The notes under the pieces were generated by a model. That model did not search any database. It saw nothing but the letters and a program-made list of their open reading frames with translations, and was not told where the DNA came from. This document shows positions 1 to 8,375 of a stretch of 54,379 bases of DNA, in pieces (position 1 is the stretch's first letter; every line of letters starts with the position of its first letter). Position numbers and translations under genes: made by a program. Source of the DNA: an uncultured bacterium (GTDB lineage Bacteria > Chlamydiota > Chlamydiia > Chlamydiales > SM23-39); assembly GCA_964641775.1 (NCBI GenBank), contig CAZXLK010000002.1, positions 1 to 54,379 of the forward strand, in the 5' to 3' direction.

Positions 1-11
1 AGGTGGATTTT

Positions 12-108
12 GGATCGGTCACGGTATCGGTCACGGTATCGGTCACGGTATCGGTAACGGTATCGGTCACGGTATCGGTCACGGTATCGGTCACGGTATC
101 GGTCACGG
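12..108. repeat. Tandem 12-nt repeat (GGTCACGGTATC)n, about 8 units, ending 15 nt upstream of the sctN ATG
   Basis: Read directly: units at 17-28, 29-40, 41-52, 53-64 (GGTAAC variant), 65-76, 77-88, 89-100, and a partial unit at 101-108. Confidence 0.9.
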
Positions 109-123
109 GATATGTAAATAATT

Positions 124-1440
124 ATGGACCTACCACCATCTTTTGATAAATTGATCAGCCATCTTGAAGAGCTGGAGCTTACAACCGTCCATGGGCGGAT
201 CACCGAAGTGATTGGCATGCTCATTCGAGCGATCATTCCCCAAGTGAAAATGGGGGAAATTTGTTTGATCAAGAGGGCCGGAGAGCCTTTGGCTGCAGAA
301 GTCGTCGGCTTTACCAAAGAAGAGGTCATTTTATCTCCGCTCGGGGATTTGAGAGGCATTGGTCCCTCTTCGGAAGTAGTTCCCCTTCGGATGCCCATGC
401 ATATTAAAGTAGGTCCTGAGCTTTTAGGGAGAGTTTTAAATGGTCTCGGACAACCGATTGACATTGAAACGATGGGACCTCTCAATTTGCAAGAATCCTA
501 TCCTGTCATAAACGCCCCTCCGGATCCGTTGAAAAGAGGTCTCATCACAGAGCCGCTTTCTACGGGAGTTCGGGGCATTGATGGAGTTCTTACCTGCGGA
601 AAAGGGCAACGGGTTGGCATTTTTAGCGCAGCAGGAGTTGGAAAATCGACCCTTTTGGGAATGATTGCCCGAAATGCAAAAGCCGATGTCAATGTAATCT
701 CTTTAATTGGAGAAAGGGGACGGGAGGTTCGGGAATTTTTGATCAATGATTTGGGCGAAGAAGGGATGAAGCGCTCTGTCATTATTGTCTCAACGTCAGA
801 TCAAGCAGCGCAAATGAGGCTCAATGCCGCTTATGTCGGCACGGCTATTGCAGAGTATTTCCGCGATCAGGGCAAATCGGTCATTTTGATGATGGACTCG
901 ATCACCCGTTATGCGCGGGCGCTTCGAGAAATTGGACTTGCAGCGGGAGAGCCTCCGGCGAGGGCCGGCTATACGCCATCTGTTTTTGCAACGCTGCCGA
1001 GGCTTTTGGAAAGATCGGGAAATTCGGAAAAAGGATCGATCACCGCATTTTATACCATTTTAGTTGCGGGAGATGATCTCAATGAGCCGGTGGCAGATGA
1101 AGTCCGCTCGATTTTGGATGGCCACATCATCTTATCTTCCGATTTAGCACGTCAATACCACTTCCCTGCGATTGATGTTTTGGCCTCCGTAAGCCGGATC
1201 CTATCGCAAGTCGTCGACAAGCCCCATCTTGAGCTCATTGGCAAGGTGCGCGAAGTTCTTGCCAATTACAAGAAAAATGAGCTTTTGATCCGCATTGGCG
1301 AATATAAGCCCGGTTCCGACAAAATGGCTGACTTTGCCCTCAAATACATTGACAAAGTAAACCGCTTCCTCAAACAATCAATCGACGACAAAGCGCCGAT
1401 GGAAGAAACTTTACGTGCCCTCAAAAGTTTGTTTGTATAG
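124..1440 (+). CDS. sctN: Type III secretion ATPase SctN (chlamydial CdsN)
   Basis: 438 aa. Walker A is AAGVGKSTLLGMI and Walker B region is VILMMDSITRYA. Full-length resemblance to YscN/FliI-type ATPases. It heads an sctN-O-P-Q-C gene order as in CT669-CT674. Confidence 0.95.
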   Translation: MDLPPSFDKLISHLEELELTTVHGRITEVIGMLIRAIIPQVKMGEICLIKRAGEPLAAEVVGFTKEEVILSPLGDLRGIGPSSEVVPLRMPMHIKVGPELLGRVLNGLGQPIDIETMGPLNLQESYPVINAPPDPLKRGLITEPLSTGVRGIDGVLTCGKGQRVGIFSAAGVGKSTLLGMIARNAKADVNVISLIGERGREVREFLINDLGEEGMKRSVIIVSTSDQAAQMRLNAAYVGTAIAEYFRDQGKSVILMMDSITRYARALREIGLAAGEPPARAGYTPSVFATLPRLLERSGNSEKGSITAFYTILVAGDDLNEPVADEVRSILDGHIILSSDLARQYHFPAIDVLASVSRILSQVVDKPHLELIGKVREVLANYKKNELLIRIGEYKPGSDKMADFALKYIDKVNRFLKQSIDDKAPMEETLRALKSLFV

Positions 1441-1443
1441 TAG

Positions 1444-1530
1444 CCGATACCGATACCGAGACCGTGACCGATACCGACTAAAATTTGAGCTACATTTCGG
1501 TCACGGTATCGGTATCGGTCTCGGTATCGG
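1444..1530. repeat. Imperfect inverted repeat built from hexamer units in the sctN-sctO spacer
   Basis: Left arm 1444-1477 (CCGATA CCGATA CCGAGA CCGTGA CCGATA CCGA), right arm 1498-1530 (CGGTCACGGTATCGGTATCGGTCTCGGTATCGG), with a 20-nt AT-rich loop. It uses the same hexamer vocabulary as 12-108. Confidence 0.85.
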
Positions 1531-1539
1531 AATGAGTTT

Positions 1540-2079
1540 ATGGCTAAGGTAGAATATCCGTTAGAACAGATGCTGACGATCAAAAAGAACCGGTTTGATG
1601 CAGCTGTCAAAATCCTGGAAGAAAAAAAAGCCCTTTTAGAAAAAGCCTATGAAAAGCTCTATGATGTGACCCAAGAAAGAGATGGAGTGCTCAAGCATAA
1701 ACAAGATAAGCTGGAGCAGCTGAGATCCGATTTAGATGCCGGAACGAGTTCAGATAAAATCCAGCAAAGCAAATTCTATTTGAAAGTGGTCGATGAGAGG
1801 CTGGCTGAAAAGGAAAAGAAAGTGAAGGAGCAGCAAAAACAGGTCGATCTTGCCCAAAAACAGGTCGATCTTGCAACGGACGATCTTTTCCAAAAAAAGA
1901 AAGACCTTGAAAAGATCGAAATCCATAAAAAGGAATGGGAAGGAGAAATGGGCTATTGGGTGCAGCAAAAAGAGGCTATCGAACACGATGAACAAGGAGC
2001 TCAAATGCATCAACTTCACAAAAGAGAGGCAAATCAGAGAAAAAAGAATCGAGAAAAAAAGGAAAATAGCTCAAGCTAG
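1540..2079 (+). CDS. sctO: SctO-like coiled-coil stalk protein (CdsO/YscO position)
   Basis: 179 aa, almost entirely Lys/Glu/Gln-rich heptad-like sequence, directly after sctN as in CT670. The assignment is positional plus compositional. Confidence 0.6.
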   Translation: MAKVEYPLEQMLTIKKNRFDAAVKILEEKKALLEKAYEKLYDVTQERDGVLKHKQDKLEQLRSDLDAGTSSDKIQQSKFYLKVVDERLAEKEKKVKEQQKQVDLAQKQVDLATDDLFQKKKDLEKIEIHKKEWEGEMGYWVQQKEAIEHDEQGAQMHQLHKREANQRKKNREKKENSSS

Positions 2080-2097
2080 AAGTCTCAATGAGGTAAT

Positions 2098-3312
2098 ATG
2101 TCTACTCCAAGAATCCCGCCGGTCCCCTATCGTGGCGAATCCGATAAATCTGCCCCTGCTACCGATAAGAGACAAATAGAAAAAGTTGAGAAAATCGATC
2201 AGGTCGATGAAGAGGCAAGCGCCCGCCAGCAAAAATTTAGAAAATTTGTAGATGAGGAAAAAGGACAGGATGATTCTGAATTTCCAACTCCATTTGCCCT
2301 TTTTTCAAAATCTGCATCTCCACCTGTTGGAGTTGGGTATGGGATTGGGCTGGACGAGCTTACACCGGAAAATATCGCAGAAAGTAGAGGCGCTCTCAGC
2401 AGTCCTGAATATTCTCCTTCGCCTGCAACATTTTTGAATGACACATTACCTGAGGCAAGTAAATCTAGACCCCCGCTTCCCAATTCAGAAAAGTTTTATT
2501 CAGACATCGATGAACAACAACCGTCCAAAATGAAAGAGACTCCCGGATCATCTGCCCGGACGTTTGTAACAAAAGAAGAAGAAGAAAAAGCGAAAAAGGT
2601 AGAAGCACATCATCACAAAAAAGGTAAAGGGAAGAAAAAGGTCACCGAAGAGCCTCTTGGACCGGGAGCTCCTGCGGAAGTAAAAAAGGAACAGGGACCT
2701 CAAGCTATAGTTACCGGTAGATCGGGCTCCAAATATGTAGCTTCTTTAAAAAAAGAAAAATTAAAAGAAACAGAAGAAACACTAGTTGTTCCTATTAAAG
2801 AAAAAGAAGAAAAAGAGAGAGAAGGGAAAAAAGAAGAGATAAAAACTCCGATTGCTGTTCAATCTCCCACAATAACGCCTCTTCCTGAAGCGGTGATTCC
2901 GGTGGCCACTCAAGCAGCAGCCAATGCTCAGCGCTATCTCGGGCCGGAAGCTCTTGCTATTTATTTTCGTATGGTGGGAACCATTACTTCAATGGTCACT
3001 CCAAAGGGCGATAGCAAGACCGAATTTTTCTTGAACTCCCCTTCTTTTGCCAATTCCAAATTTTTTGGCTCTAAGATTACTATTGAGCGGTTTGCGACAG
3101 CCCCTTATCAATTAAACATCCGCCTTACCGGCTCCAATGAGGCAGTCGTTGCATTTAACAAAAACATTCCTAATTTACTTGCGGCATTTCGAGATGGGAA
3201 ATTTAATTATTCCATTAACAGGATTGATGCAGCGTATGAAAGACCTTTAATTCGGAGAAAAGAAGAAAAAAAAGAAAAAGACTTTGAAGGGGGGATGGGA
3301 GAAAAGACATGA
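2098..3312 (+). CDS. sctP: SctP-like needle-length/substrate-switch protein (CdsP position)
   Basis: 404 aa. The N-terminal two thirds are low-complexity and Pro/Lys/Glu-rich. The C-terminal part of about 110 aa (TEFFLNSP...KITIERFATAPYQLNIRLTGSNEAVVAF) resembles T3S4/FliK-C type domains. The stop overlaps the sctQ ATG (ATGA). Position equals CT671. Confidence 0.5.
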   Translation: MSTPRIPPVPYRGESDKSAPATDKRQIEKVEKIDQVDEEASARQQKFRKFVDEEKGQDDSEFPTPFALFSKSASPPVGVGYGIGLDELTPENIAESRGALSSPEYSPSPATFLNDTLPEASKSRPPLPNSEKFYSDIDEQQPSKMKETPGSSARTFVTKEEEEKAKKVEAHHHKKGKGKKKVTEEPLGPGAPAEVKKEQGPQAIVTGRSGSKYVASLKKEKLKETEETLVVPIKEKEEKEREGKKEEIKTPIAVQSPTITPLPEAVIPVATQAAANAQRYLGPEALAIYFRMVGTITSMVTPKGDSKTEFFLNSPSFANSKFFGSKITIERFATAPYQLNIRLTGSNEAVVAFNKNIPNLLAAFRDGKFNYSINRIDAAYERPLIRRKEEKKEKDFEGGMGEKT

Positions 3313-4379
3313 AAAACCAAACCCTCGAGACGATTTTAAACCGTTTGCCTGAGATTGCAGAGGCAGAAGCAATTCCTCTTTTTGGCAACGCCCCTCCTTT
3401 TGACTCGCAAAAGTTATCAGAGGATCTTGGCTCCAGACTCGATCTCAAAGGATTTTCTTTACATCCGGCAAGACAAAATTGGATCTCTGTCAAAGAGCTC
3501 AAAGAGCAGCTAGGGGAGGGCTTTTTTTCCACGTCTATCTTTTTAAGCCCTCTATCAATGCCTTTTTTCTTTGCGATTTCCAAAGCGGACAAAAATAAAC
3601 TAACCGCTTTCATCATGGAAGGAAAACCGAAAGGGCAAATTTCTGATCCGCTCAAAGAAGGCTTTTGTAAATTTTTGGTGCTGGAAGCGGTGGCTGCGGC
3701 ATCTGGCATCGAGCCGATTTCAAAACTTACCCCCTCTTTGGGAGCCTCCGTTGAGTTTCCGGAGGAAAATGTCTTTTGCATCGATGTGGAAATCACGTTT
3801 GAAGATCACTCCTGCTGGTCGAAAATCATCATTCCTACATCGTTTCAAAAAGCTTGGGTTGAGCATTTTGAGGCTGAGTCTCCTCAATATCGAGCAGAGC
3901 TTGTCAAAAGGACAGAGCTCATCATAGGCTGTCAAATAGGAAGTGTAAAACTTGGGCCGGATGAGTGGAAAAAAATCAAGGCGGGAGATTTTGTTGTTTT
4001 AGATGAGACAAGCTATGATCTTGAAACTAAAACATCTCTTTGCACATTGAAACTAGACGGCACTCCCTTGTTCCATGCAAAAATTGCCGAAAACAGCCTA
4101 GAGCTCATGGATATTGTATTTACAAAAGAGGAAACTATGGAGCAAGAAACGGAAAAAGATATCACCGCAATGAAAAATATTCCGATGACCATATGCGTAG
4201 AGATCGCAAGGTTAAGGATTTCCTTAGATGAGCTCATGAAACTATCACCCGGGAATACCATCCCCCTTCCCATCCATCCCGATCAAGGAGTGGATTTAAC
4301 AGTAAATGGGAAAAAGATTGGTCATGCCGAGCTTGGGGTTTTAGGAGATCGGCTCGGAATCAGAATCTTAGAAGTTTAA
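3309..4379 (+). CDS. sctQ: Type III secretion sorting-platform protein SctQ (CdsQ)
   Basis: 356 aa. C-terminal SpoA/FliN-type domain (ICVEIARLRISLDELMKLSPGNTIPL...DLTVNGKKIGHAELGVLGDRLGIRILEV). Position equals CT672. Confidence 0.8.
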   Translation: MKNQTLETILNRLPEIAEAEAIPLFGNAPPFDSQKLSEDLGSRLDLKGFSLHPARQNWISVKELKEQLGEGFFSTSIFLSPLSMPFFFAISKADKNKLTAFIMEGKPKGQISDPLKEGFCKFLVLEAVAAASGIEPISKLTPSLGASVEFPEENVFCIDVEITFEDHSCWSKIIIPTSFQKAWVEHFEAESPQYRAELVKRTELIIGCQIGSVKLGPDEWKKIKAGDFVVLDETSYDLETKTSLCTLKLDGTPLFHAKIAENSLELMDIVFTKEETMEQETEKDITAMKNIPMTICVEIARLRISLDELMKLSPGNTIPLPIHPDQGVDLTVNGKKIGHAELGVLGDRLGIRILEV

Positions 4380-4478
4380 AGTTGCGAACCATTTCCTCAA
4401 ACGATATGCTTTTCATGCCGAGAGAGATTGCATAAAACAAATCGGTATTTTACGATGCGAAAAGGGATGTAATATTCT

Positions 4479-7400
4479 ATGCTCAGGGGGCTTTGTACCT
4501 TTTTCTTCATCATCTTCTCTTCTTTGTATTCTGAAGAACCTACCACAGATACATTCCAAGAGACAGAGACAACTATCGCAAGTGTTGACGAAATAGCTGC
4601 TGCAACATTGATGCTGGCCAAAACCGATTTATCAAGCGATAAAGAGGGCTACACCATCAATTACAATACCGTCTCGATCATTGAATACATCCGTTTTGCA
4701 AGCAAAATCTGCAATTTGAATTTCATTTTCAATGAAGCCGATCTTGATTTTACCGTAACCGTTGTCTCCGATGCCCCCATCACTCCGCAAAATGTGATGG
4801 CGACCCTTTTGCAAGTGCTTAGGATCCACGGCTTGCGTCTTTTAGAGCAAGACAAAAATTTAGTTATCCATAAATCAGCAGATGTTGTTCAAATTGCGCC
4901 CCTTGTCACAGATGGATCCCAAGAAAATAACTTCCCCATTGTGACGCGCGTTTTTCGGCTAAAAGTTGCTAAAGTAGACTCCATTGCAGGTATCATCCGC
5001 CCCATGATCTCGGGCTCTGCCCTTTTGGAAGTCTTGTCTGAGACAAAGCAGATGATTCTTACCGATGTGACTGCCAATGTCGATAAAGTGGCCAGCCTCA
5101 TTCAAATTCTCGATTCGCCGCAAAACCAGTTAGACGTTCGGACGTATACGGCAGTAAATAATAAACCTGAGGCACTTGCTGCACTTGCAGATCAAATCAT
5201 GGCCCCATTTGCCGGGACAAACCCCTTTATTTTAGTCCCCCAGCCAATGACAGGCTCGATTTTCATCGTTTCAACGGGCGATCTGATCGATAAAACCCTA
5301 TCCGTGTTGAAAACGCTCGATGTTGCTCCTAAAAAAGAGATGGTCTCTCAACAACAGCTCAAATCTGAAAATATTTTTGTCTATAAAGCAATGAACCGCT
5401 CCAGCGATGATCTTTTGCACTCGCTGCAAAGCATTGGAGACAATCTGCAAAGATCGGGCATTCCCGAAGGCGATTTGATCACTACGATAGACTCTGCCCG
5501 CTCGATTAAAGAAACCAATTCGATCCTATTTGTCGGATCCACCGATGCAATCACAAAAATAAAAGAATTTTTACTATCTCTTGACATGGCAGGGGCAGAA
5601 GGGGTCCCGGGCAAAATGTCTTATTTTGTCTATAACCCCAAAAATCGAAGCGCACAAGAGATTGATAGCGCCTTAAAGGAAATGGCAGATAACCTAAAAC
5701 ACGTCAAAGGCGAGGAAGATCTTGTCAAAGTGCTTCATAGCGCAAAAATCAATACGACAACAAATACGATCCTTTTTTCCGGCGATGAGAGCCAATTTGG
5801 CAAAGTTCGGGCGCTACTTAGCGATGTCGATGCCAAAACAGAGGAGTCTACAAAGCCCGTTTATTTTATCTACAAGCTGCAAAATGCATCGGGCGATGTT
5901 GTAGAAGAGGAGCTGGAAACAATTGCCAAAGACATGGAAAAAACCGGCGCCGCAAATAAGGACGTTTTAAATGTCATCCACACTCTTCGCTACATCAAAG
6001 AGACGAATTCACTTCTTCTCATGGGAAATTCTGCAGCGGTTGATGAAGTCAAAGAGATGATCGTGGAATACGATTATCCAAGAGGAAATGCTACTGTCAG
6101 CAGCAACTTTTTCATGTATAAACCGCAATACAAAAGCGCAAAAGAGATTGAACATTCCCTGCACGATGTCGCATCGAACTTAAAAGCAGCAGGGCTTGCC
6201 GACCCGTCGCTTTTACAAACCATCGACAAGGTAAAATATGTAGAAACGACCAATTCCTTAATTTTTACCGGAAATGCAGACTCGATCAAAAAAATCCAAA
6301 CCTTGATCCCGGAAATTGACATCCCTCCTAAAGAATCTGCCCAAATCCAGCATGTCGGCAAAACGACATTTCTTCTTTATAAATTGAAAGTAGCAGGCGC
6401 GCCCCAAATTCTTGCAGCTTTGAAAAATATGACCGCTAATCTTCAAAAAACCGGGACCGCCGATAAGAATTTGATCGACACCCTAAATTCAATCAAATAC
6501 ATCAAAGAAACAAATTCGCTTCTTTTCACAGGCGATGAGGAATCTCTGCAAAGAGTGCAGCTTCTCATAGAACAATTCGATGTAACTTCTCTTGCAGCAG
6601 CGCCATCTGCCACCACAACAACAGTTCCGGGAGCAGGACAAGCCAATTTCATCCTTTATACCCCTGTTGCCTTGCCTCCGGACGATCTTGAAAAGCTCGT
6701 GAATGATTTTGCAGAAAATGCCCATGCAAGCGGCTTGAACGATCCTGAGCTTTTTGCAGCGATCGCATCCATGAAGCTAGCGGAATCGACCCATTCGCTG
6801 ATTTTTACAGGCACGCCTAAAGCACTCGATCAAATTCAGCAGCTTCTCAAAAGTTTTGATGTTCCTGCTAATCTGATTACAAAACCCAGTCCTACTGCCC
6901 CATCAGAGCCATCGATCCAAGGGATCGATAACACAAGCTTTATGGTCTATAAACTTCAATTCCATAAAGGCGATGAGATACAAAACGCGCTCAAACAAAT
7001 TGCAAAAGATCTGATCAATAACAATGCCCCGATCAATCAAAACCTTCTCAATTCCATCAATTCCATCCAATGGCTAGAAGTGACAAATTCGATTCTGTCA
7101 TCGGGCGATCAAGAAACACTGACAAGATTGAAGGAACTGATCAAAAATCTCGACATTCCCTTAAAGCAGGTTTTCATTGAAGTTCTTGTTGTTGAAACTT
7201 CTTTGACAAATGCCCTTCTTTTTGGACTCGAGTGGGGAGGCAATTACAAATTCAATAACCGATTTGGAATTAGCTCCTTCAATACGGTTCCCCCTGCGAA
7301 TCCTCAAAGTCCTTTCCCGGATCAGTTTGTCAGCAGATTATCAACCCTTACTCCTCCCAGCGCGCCAACACCTATCGGCAATATTCCTCCCGTTACCGGA

Positions 7401-8129
7401 TTTGATTTGGGCGTGATTGGAGAGGTCATTAAACATAAAGGGGAAACCTTCCTCACTTTGGGCTCTTTATTGAATGCGCTGCAAACCGATAACGAAACGA
7501 CGATCATTACGGCGCCGAAACTCTTAGGTCAAGATGGAAGAACTTCAACCATTTTTTCCGGTGCGAATATCCCTTTCACAGGATCCTTTGTCAACAATAC
7601 AACAAATGGCGCGACGATTTTAACGTCCAATATTGAATATAGAGATATTGGACTAAATCTTACGATTACTCCGGTATTAGGTAATTCCGATATCGTAACT
7701 CTCGATATCGATTTAGATCGATCCCAAACTGCATCCGGCATCACGCAATCCTCTTTGAATTTCCAAAACCAGTCGGCAAACGGGATCATTACAAGCAAAA
7801 CGACGATGCAGACAACGGTCCATGTTCCGGATCGCAATTTCTTAGTCTTAAGCGGCTTTGTGAACAATTCCACCACAAAAACCAAACAAGGAATCCCCTG
7901 CTTAGGCGGTCTTCCAATGATTGGCGCTGCCTTTTCGCAGCAAAATGATACGATTTCCAATCAAAACATCGTCATCTTTTTAAGACCGTTTATCATTAAT
8001 TCGATCGAAGACATGCGAAGAGTGACCTCGGAGCAAGAAGATTTCTTCCGAGATCAAGCCGGCACACCTTTCTTGGAGCATAATTATGACGATGCAGTTG
8101 AGCTCATCAAAACCATCGACGATGAATAG
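4479..8129 (+). CDS. sctC: Type III secretion outer-membrane secretin SctC (CdsC) with an expanded N-domain array
   Basis: 1216 aa with a signal peptide (MLRGLCTFFFIIFSSLYS) and an N0-like region. Nine secretin-N-type modules follow. The C-terminal secretin core reads VFIEVLVVETS...GIPCLGGLPMIGAAFS...IVIFLRPFII. Confidence 0.9.
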   Translation: MLRGLCTFFFIIFSSLYSEEPTTDTFQETETTIASVDEIAAATLMLAKTDLSSDKEGYTINYNTVSIIEYIRFASKICNLNFIFNEADLDFTVTVVSDAPITPQNVMATLLQVLRIHGLRLLEQDKNLVIHKSADVVQIAPLVTDGSQENNFPIVTRVFRLKVAKVDSIAGIIRPMISGSALLEVLSETKQMILTDVTANVDKVASLIQILDSPQNQLDVRTYTAVNNKPEALAALADQIMAPFAGTNPFILVPQPMTGSIFIVSTGDLIDKTLSVLKTLDVAPKKEMVSQQQLKSENIFVYKAMNRSSDDLLHSLQSIGDNLQRSGIPEGDLITTIDSARSIKETNSILFVGSTDAITKIKEFLLSLDMAGAEGVPGKMSYFVYNPKNRSAQEIDSALKEMADNLKHVKGEEDLVKVLHSAKINTTTNTILFSGDESQFGKVRALLSDVDAKTEESTKPVYFIYKLQNASGDVVEEELETIAKDMEKTGAANKDVLNVIHTLRYIKETNSLLLMGNSAAVDEVKEMIVEYDYPRGNATVSSNFFMYKPQYKSAKEIEHSLHDVASNLKAAGLADPSLLQTIDKVKYVETTNSLIFTGNADSIKKIQTLIPEIDIPPKESAQIQHVGKTTFLLYKLKVAGAPQILAALKNMTANLQKTGTADKNLIDTLNSIKYIKETNSLLFTGDEESLQRVQLLIEQFDVTSLAAAPSATTTTVPGAGQANFILYTPVALPPDDLEKLVNDFAENAHASGLNDPELFAAIASMKLAESTHSLIFTGTPKALDQIQQLLKSFDVPANLITKPSPTAPSEPSIQGIDNTSFMVYKLQFHKGDEIQNALKQIAKDLINNNAPINQNLLNSINSIQWLEVTNSILSSGDQETLTRLKELIKNLDIPLKQVFIEVLVVETSLTNALLFGLEWGGNYKFNNRFGISSFNTVPPANPQSPFPDQFVSRLSTLTPPSAPTPIGNIPPVTGFDLGVIGEVIKHKGETFLTLGSLLNALQTDNETTIITAPKLLGQDGRTSTIFSGANIPFTGSFVNNTTNGATILTSNIEYRDIGLNLTITPVLGNSDIVTLDIDLDRSQTASGITQSSLNFQNQSANGIITSKTTMQTTVHVPDRNFLVLSGFVNNSTTKTKQGIPCLGGLPMIGAAFSQQNDTISNQNIVIFLRPFIINSIEDMRRVTSEQEDFFRDQAGTPFLEHNYDDAVELIKTIDDE

Positions 8130-8132
8130 AAT

Positions 8133-8375
8133 ATTTAACCACCGAGAACACCGAGAGCACAGAGATCTTTTTTGCGGAGCAAAAAAGAAAAATTATCTTT
8201 CTTTTCCCTCCCTCGGTGTTCTCGGTGTGCTCGGTGGTTTATTTCTAAAAATGAAAAGAAGATTTAACCACCGAGAACACCGAGAGCACAGAGATCTTTT
8301 TTGCAGAGCAAAAAAGAAAAATTATCTTTCTTTTCTTTCCCTCGGTGTTCTCGGTGTGCTCGGTGGTTTATTTCT
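8133..8375. repeat. Two tandem copies (8133-8246 and 8262-8375) of a 114-bp palindromic element
   Basis: Each copy has an outer arm of 9-mer sub-repeats ACCACCGAG AACACCGAG AGCACAGAG. The centre is a hairpin TCTTTTTTGC-GGA-GCAAAAAAGA (8166-8188 in copy 1). The opposite arm is CTCGGTGTT CTCGGTGTG CTCGGTGGT. The copies differ at only a few positions. Confidence 0.9.

Noticed and set aside
1-123. The 12-mer repeat translates as (GHGI)n. It could be the C-terminal tail of an upstream gene running off the window.
   Set aside because: This cannot be excluded because the upstream sequence is missing. However, the same hexamer vocabulary occurs in clearly non-coding spacers (1444-1530, 9664-9743, 43725-43868) in both orientations, so a non-coding repeat is the simpler reading.
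1266-1610. 114-aa minus-strand ORF spanning the sctN 3' end and the repeat spacer.
   Set aside because: It is antisense to a well-supported gene. Its sequence is dominated by repeat-derived RYRDRYRYRDR / GIGHGLGIGIG low complexity.
8086-8250. ORF-track start at 8086 for the lipoprotein-like gene, overlapping the sctC 3' end.
   Set aside because: This start would translate both copies of the 114-bp palindromic element and overlap sctC by 44 nt. The ATG at 8251 gives one signal-peptide-like N-terminus ending in a lipobox.
8133-8375. Possible CRISPR array. The same question applies to 28937-29526.
   Set aside because: There are only two or three repeat copies. Units are 114-279 bp with no unique spacers of regular length, and no cas genes are nearby.
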